A DNA stretch of 64,000 bases, from contig OZ024760.1 of NCBI GenBank assembly GCA_964016885.1, forward strand, positions 4,588,001-4,652,000. The letters are read 5' to 3'. Positions 41,648-64,000 of this stretch are shown here, piece by piece. Each line of letters begins with the position of its first letter. The first letter of the stretch is position 1. The notes under the pieces are model-generated. The model was not told the DNA's origin and made no database searches. It saw only the letters and a list, made by a program, of their open reading frames with translations. The stretch is from Eledone cirrhosa (Eukaryota). The translations under genes and the position numbers were made by a program.

Positions 41648-41841
41648 TGAGGTAAGGCTGAAAATTTCATTGGCTGATTATGAAGGAGTGATACTAGAGC
41701 TGTGAAATCTTGCATGCATTAATTTCAACTCTTCTTAATAACTGCATTGTTTCTTTCTAGTGACTATGTTGAAAAATAAACCTTATTTGGTCATTCCATG
41801 AGAATACCTTAGTCAGCCTATGAAATTTCAGCCAACCCTTG
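41648..41841. mobile_element. Mariner-like MITE
   Basis: TA|tgagg..ggctgaaaatttcat.ggctga / tcagcctatgaaatttcagcc..ccttg|TA. Confidence 0.55.
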
Positions 41842-42413
41842 TAACATTTCAATTTATTTTAATTTAGTAGGTTTTGTAGTTTGCATGAAACATTGTGGAA
41901 ACTGTAAAAAGTAGTGTTTTGTTTTAAGGCTACCACAATGTGAATTGGACAGTATATGTTAAAAATATGATGATAACAATGATGCTGCAGTTCTTTATAG
42001 GCCCTATATGTATGCATGCTTGGTCTTATAATTCCTGAGGGTGTCATAGAGGCACCCTATTGATATACAGCATTTCTTAGGAATTTTTAAACCTGGCAGA
42101 ACCCAATCCTCTCCAGGTCTGAATACAGCAGATTTCTTCCAGACAAGGAGAAAGAGAGTGAGAGAGTGGAAGTGAGAAGGAATATAGAGGAAGAATTGAC
42201 CTCAATACTAGATTGGTACTTATTTTATAGACCTTAAATGGTTGAAAGGCAAAGTTTTGAACTCAAAGAACAAAGAGCCAAAACAAATAGTAGCCTTCAA
42301 ACAAAACATTACTTTCTTATTTTAGTTTGTTTAAATAAAGATTTGTTGTGTGTTTATTGCAGGTGGTGGTATAACTCATTCAAGAAAGTGTCTGTTAGAT
42401 ATATCTCTCCAAT

Positions 42414-57997
<15,584 letters not shown>

Positions 57998-58070
57998 AGA
58001 ATATAAAAGAACAATATAGAAACCAAACCTAAAAAAATATAAGCCCAAAAAAAAAGAAAAGAATCACAGC

Positions 58071-58076
58071 AATAAA
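58071..58076 (+). terminator. Candidate polyadenylation signal AATAAA
   Basis: AATAAA about 75 nt after the stop (another overlaps the stop at 57993); A-rich context makes it weak evidence. Confidence 0.3.
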
Positions 58077-58938
58077 AAGAACAACAACAAGAGAAGACGG
58101 CAAAGAGGATCTTCCCATCATCACCATAAAAATAGTTGCATTCCAGAGATTGTCATAAACACAACAAATAACAGTCAGTTATACACATATACACATTCAG
58201 ATATATACACACATTCCAAGATGTATATACGCACATGCTCACAAATATATATATATATATAAACTTATACGAAGATTTGGCAGTCATTAAGACGTCGGAT
58301 AGAATGCTTTACGTTATTCGCCCCACCTCATTGCGCTCTCAAATCCCGCTGAGGTCAACTTTGCCTTTTATTCGTTTGAGGTCTATAAAAATAAGTACCA
58401 GTACTGTACTGGGGTCAATTCTTCCTCTAAAGAAAAAATCGGTTGTGTTCAGACTTGAGAGGGTCGGGCTCTGCCAGGCTTAAAAGTGCCCTAGACACGC
58501 CGTATGTCGGTGCCTCTAAGATTCCACAAGGAGTTATGGGATCTTTATCCTTTTTATCCCATATATACTCTTGCCCCATCAACCAAATATGTATCATCAT
58601 CACCACCGCCTTTACTTCTATGTCAACTTTTCCATGCTGGGATGGGTTGGACAGGACTTTTTCTAGATTGTTTTACAGCTGGATAACCTTCCTGATACTA
58701 TCCCGATTAGTCCCTTCTTAAACACACACATATATATATTATACTACACTCTGCCTAGCTGTACACCTTGATACTGCCGTGAACATAAACATTGAGTGCT
58801 ACCCGGGTGAACCTACAGTAACTCCGCGTTACACTCCCTGGATATATATATATATATATATATAAGTATAAAGGATGATGTGCTCAAGAGCAGAGATACT
58901 ATAAAAATAGCTTATAAAATAGGGTGAATACTCTTAAA

Positions 58939-58984
<46 letters not shown>

Positions 58985-59341
58985 AGTGTCTATGGTGCTA
59001 AACCTGGAAAGACCACTAATCAAAGTAGTATTTGATGCATATTGGGATGCAGAGGGAGTTGATCATTTATAAAGCAAATATTTGATATTATATTTATGTT
59101 TGAAGTTTAAGCAAAGAATCGCTGCCTTCACCCTTTACGGGATCTTCTGAAGATCCTGTAAATATATATATATATATTTACAGGATCTTCAGAAGATATA
59201 TATAAATGGATTAAAATAATAATTATTTCAATCATATATATTATACCATAAATCAGTCCAAATATAATTTATACAGGCTAAAATCTGTATTTTGTAGAGA
59301 ATTATTTATACAAAATTATATTTAGTTATAATACTATATAG

Positions 59342-59538
59342 CCGGCATATCAAACATGTGGCCCACGGACTGCATGCGGCCCGCATAAAGATTTTTACAG
59401 CGTGAGAATGTTTTATCTTTGTAATATAAAATGAAAAAAAATAGTTGTAATGTGCGCAATTAGTTGTCATATGTGGTCCTCAGACAACACATATGTAACC
59501 CATGTGGCCCTCGGAGGACCCTCAGTTTAACATGCCTG
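59342..59538. mobile_element. hAT MITE
   Basis: TIRs ccggcatatcaaac / gtttaacatgcctg; 8-bp TSD CTATATAG. Confidence 0.8.
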
Positions 59539-62500
59539 CTATATAGTATATTACTATTAAGAACATAGCAAGCAAAAAATATATTTCAGAAAAAAAAAAG
59601 AACTTTTACCTGCATATTGTTCAGCCCATGGTTTCACCTTGATTAATCTTTAACATGCTGAATCTTTTTATGAATTGCCTCCCTTGACACTGCATTATGT
59701 ATTAAGAGATTATTCTATCGCTACATAAAGCGCCTAGAACACCCAAAAGCTTAAGAAATTATCAATGATATGCTAATTAATATCTATTTGTTCTTCTATG
59801 ATTAGATCACTAAATTACTTGATTATTTAAATTTACAATCCACCACCTTTTACACCTTTCCAACCCAATTATCACTACCACCATCATTGCTTTTAATATA
59901 AATGTACATTCATTATCTTCTCCTGCTGACATGGGTTGTAAAGGTTTACAATGCAGCAGCGTTGCTCCAAATATCTTGGTGTCTAATGCTTGCAGTGTAA
60001 CTCTCTTGACACATTTTGTAATACTTTAATCTTCATTGTAATGTGTTCTCTTAGCCCCTTCATTACCACATTTCTAATAAAATATACTCTATTTTAATTA
60101 ATTAACCCTTTAGCAGTTACATTACTCTATATTTACTATTGTATTTTTGTGGTAAAGGCTTTAACTCACAATTATCTCACATAATATCGAAGCTACGAGA
60201 TTTTGATATTATTTATTTTGAGAACAATACCTTAACATCAATATGAGTGGCTGGTTACAGTTGGTTTAAACAGAAAGAGGTGAGAGAATTCTGGCCAGAT
60301 ACGACCGGTTTAATGACGAATTTCGAGAGATTTATTAAGATTATTAGTTATTTCATTACGATGATAGTAACTTAATGTGAGGTTCTTATATAAAATGATG
60401 TCGGAAAATTTAATAATTTAAATTGGAAACCTTTAAAATGAGTGGTTTTCTTTCATAGAACCAGAGCTGGTTTTGGCCAGGTTGGTAACTAAAGGATTAA
60501 CATATTTGGAAACTAAAGGGTTAACAATGTTTCCAACAATATTGATTAGGATTATATTTTATTGACCTTGGCAAAATTGACTTCAGTGGGATTTGAACTC
60601 AAAATCTATTCAGTCAGAACAAATACTGCAAAACATCTAGTCCCCGCTCTAATGATTCTGCCAATCCACCAACTTCACCCTCTAAAATCTAAAATTCAGG
60701 GCCTTCTCATTCCTATAGGAGGAACCCCTCCTTGGCTGACCTCCACCGCTTCCTAACTCTGACCATATTGGGCCATGTGGGGGCTGAGATATTGGGTCAG
60801 CTCATCGTGCTAGCTGGCCTTTGGCTGCCCTCTGGTTCTTCTCCACTATCTTGGTGTCCACTCTGTCACTTTAATCATCCGGCTGCCTCAGCCGAAATGG
60901 ACTTAACAATTGATCTCCACATGGGTCTGTTGTTCATTGCTGTTGCCAAGTCCAGAATCTCTGGAGATGACATCGGGATAGGAGAGCTTGCAATCCCTGT
61001 TATTAGTGACTGCTTGTGGTTTCCAAAGCACTAATGGGGACACAACCTCATAGGTAGCAAGATAGCAGTGGCCAACAAATCTTACTCTCCCTTTACAAAC
61101 GACATATGCGTTGGAGTCTGGCATATATCTCTCTCAAAGTCAGGTGTAATTTTAATAGTCCACCTGTTGTCTCTGAAATGGGAGGCATGGCCGGCTTATC
61201 TATGTTTGCTGTACATAATAATAATTCATTCTAACATTGGCACAAGGCCAACAATTTGCGGGGAGAGTAAAACCTATTATATTGACCTCGGTTATTGATT
61301 CATACCTTATTTCAACCCTGGAAGAAGGAAACACAAAGTTCACTTAAGCTGGATTGGAGCCCCAAATTAGAATGTCATAACTAATTGTGGCTTAGCATAT
61401 TGTCTAAGGCTCTACTGAAACTGTCACTTCTACACTGATTATAACAATAATAATGATTTCTGATTGAGGCACAAGGCCAGCAATTTTAGGGGAGGAGGAA
61501 AGTTGATTAAATCAACCCCAGTGCATGACTGGTACTTTATTTTATCGACCCCCGTAAGGATGAAAGGCAAAGTTAACCTCGGCGGGATTTGAACTCAGAA
61601 TGGTAAGGGCCGTAACTCTATGCGTCAAAGCATGGCGTCCGACCCTCTCCCAATACTGGAATAATAATGGTTTCTGATTTAGGCACAATGCCAATAATTT
61701 TGGGGGAGGGGAAAGTAACTTAAATCGACCCCAGTACGTAACTGGTAATTTAATTTATTGACCCCTGTAAGGATGAAAGGTAAAGCTAACCTCAGTGGGA
61801 TTTGAACTCAGAACGTAAAAGACCACAACTAAATGCTGCTTAGTATCTTGTTTGACACTCTACCGATTTGCCAATCCACCACCCTTTAATAATGGCATAA
61901 AGCCAGAAAATTTGATGATTAACCTCAGTACATCACTGGTATTTTATTTTATCAACACTGTAAAATGGACTCGCACACACACACACAGACAGACAAACAC
62001 AAATCCATATGAAGTAACTTTACTGTAACATGTCTGCCTGGGGGTCATTGAGTCTGTCTGGTTCTCCTCCTCTTAATCCTGGGAGGGTCATGGTGGCAGA
62101 GTCCTCAAGTACGCCTTCCAACAGTGCCTTACTTATTCCTGGGAGGGTCGCTGAGGTAGAGTCCTCAAGTACTTCTTTCAACAGGGTCCAGTTAGAAGCA
62201 ACCATCTCCAGTTGGTCTGGTTGAATTCCCAAGAGAGACCAGCAGAGCTCATGCATGTCATCCATCTGGGGTTAACTTTGTTAATTTATTTTTTAACAGC
62301 CAGTTATAGCACAGTAGTAGTAGTGATGGTGGTGGGTGTGGTGGTGGTAGCAGTGCTGATAGTTGTGATGGTGATGATAGTGGTGCTGTTGCTGATAATG
62401 ATAGTGGTGGTGTTGTGAACAGTGATTGTGATGATGATGATAGTTGCAGTAGTGTTAGTGGTGATGGTAACGAGGATAGGGGTGGTGTTGTGATGATGAT

Positions 62501-63049
62501 GATAGTGGTGGGATATGCTTATAAGTGCTTTTTTTTTTTTTTTATGTCTAATGATATTATCAAGGTTTCCGCCGAGGTTAGCTTTGCCTTTCATCCTTTG
62601 GGGTTGATAAAATAAAGCTCCAGTAATGTACTAGGGCTGATATAATCGACTTTCCCCTCCCCCCAAAATTGCTGGCCTTGTGCCTTCTTTTCTTCACCCA
62701 CTTATTCTTGAGAAGGTCAAGGGGGCAGAGTCCTCAAACACTCCTTCCAGCAGGTCCTGTCAGAAGCAAGTCAACTTTGCCCTTCATACTCTCGAGGTTG
62801 ATGAAAAAACTACCAGTACTGGGGTTGATTCTTCCTCTATATTTCATTCTATAAGCTTCTGTGAAGTGGAGAGATCTTCGCCCACATATTCCTGAGAGGG
62901 TCATGGGGCAGAGTCCTCAAACACTCCTTCCAGCAGGTCCTGTCAGAAGCAATCATCTCCAGCTGAATCCCCCAAGTGCGACCAGCCAAGCTCATGGATG
63001 TTATCCATCTTACTTGGGCTTACCCCTGGGTCTCCTACATGCTGTTTCA

Positions 63050-63575
63050 CCTGTAAAATCTGTCCAGCGATTCTTTCCTAAGAATTCTAACCATATGCCT
63101 GTAGTGTTGGAGCTGTGATCTCTTAATTCGGAGAAGTAGCTGCTCTTTCTGGAATCTCTCTGATCTCCAAGCTACAAATCTGTCCAGCGTTCTTTCCTGA
63201 GACATTCGAGCCACATGTCTGTAGTATCGGAGATGTGATCTCTCAATTCGGAGAAGTAGCGGCTCTACCTGGAGTAACTCTCTGATCTCTGAACTACAAA
63301 TCTGTCCAACGATTCTTTCCCCCCCCGAGACATTCTAACCACATTCCCATAGTATCGGAGCTGTAGCAGCTCTACCTGGAGTAACTCTCTGATCTCTGAA
63401 CTACAAATCTGTCCGATTCTTTCCTGAGACATTCTAACCACATTCCCATTATATCGGAGCTGTAATCTCTTAATTCGGAAGTATTAAGTAGCAGCTCTAT
63501 CTGGAGTAACTCTCTGATCTCTGAACTATAAATCTGTCCAGCGTTCTTTCCCCCGAGACATTCTCACCACATATG
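63050..63575. repeat. About 105-125-bp tandem repeat derived from an RTE ORF2 segment
   Basis: 4-5 units of aaatctgtcc..gacattctaaccac..ggagtaactctctgatctc; homologous to 19105-19230. Confidence 0.75.
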
Positions 63576-64000
63576 TACATGTGTGCCTATAGTAGAAATC
63601 ATTATTGTTTAACAAGTGACGTGTGATGTAATGTATATAATACCACTGTTTGATGAATAATTGTTTCTACTTTTTGGCACAAGGCCAGCAATTACCCAGT
63701 ACATTTCTGGTACTTTATTTTATCGACCCCGTAAGGATTGAATAATGAAGAGATATATAATGTCACTATTTGATTAATGTGTATATATAGAGTATGTAAT
63801 GATGAATAATAAAAGAGTATATATTGTGTACAATGCTCATATTTGAAGAATATTGAAAAGACATCTTGTGTATATAATATACAATGTTTGATGACTCACG
63901 AAGAGAGATGTGTATTATAAATACACTGTACTCCCGGCATTCACAGAATTTTCCTTAGAACCTAACTAATAATTGTTCGTGGAATCGTAAATATCTTCCA

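Overview
AT-rich, repeat-dense metazoan genomic DNA. The SINE/LINE repertoire and (TA)n load suggest a mollusc, probably a cephalopod such as Octopus (inference). One host gene is present: a + strand Src-family tyrosine kinase with 10 coding exons from 42414 to 57997 (1512 nt spliced, 503 aa). Its layout is myristoyl/palmitoyl N-terminus, SH3, SH2, kinase with HRDLRAAN, and a tail Tyr, and all splice phases are consistent. The rest is mobile DNA. There are two near-full-length Gypsy LTR elements (12537-16532, and 50822-55792 in kinase intron 8), a Penelope-like element with an inverted pLTR, and four young 5'-truncated PHD-bearing RTE LINEs embedded in long (TA/TG) tracts. Smaller items include a Helitron relic, CR1/CRE/RTE fragments, tRNA-derived SINEs, hAT/Tc1/piggyBac-like MITEs and minisatellites. 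The most notable unexplained structures are: a 469-bp tandem unit carrying two canonical minimal hammerhead ribozymes (retrozyme-like, 34176-34979) plus further hammerheads; a 740-nt AG-free, CA-repeat 3' splice site in the kinase gene; a -1 frameshift heptamer with pseudoknot in Gypsy-1; and a duplicated LTR-end/PBS junction with PBS-derived repeats in Gypsy-2. Coordinates were counted by hand and repeat boundaries are approximate.
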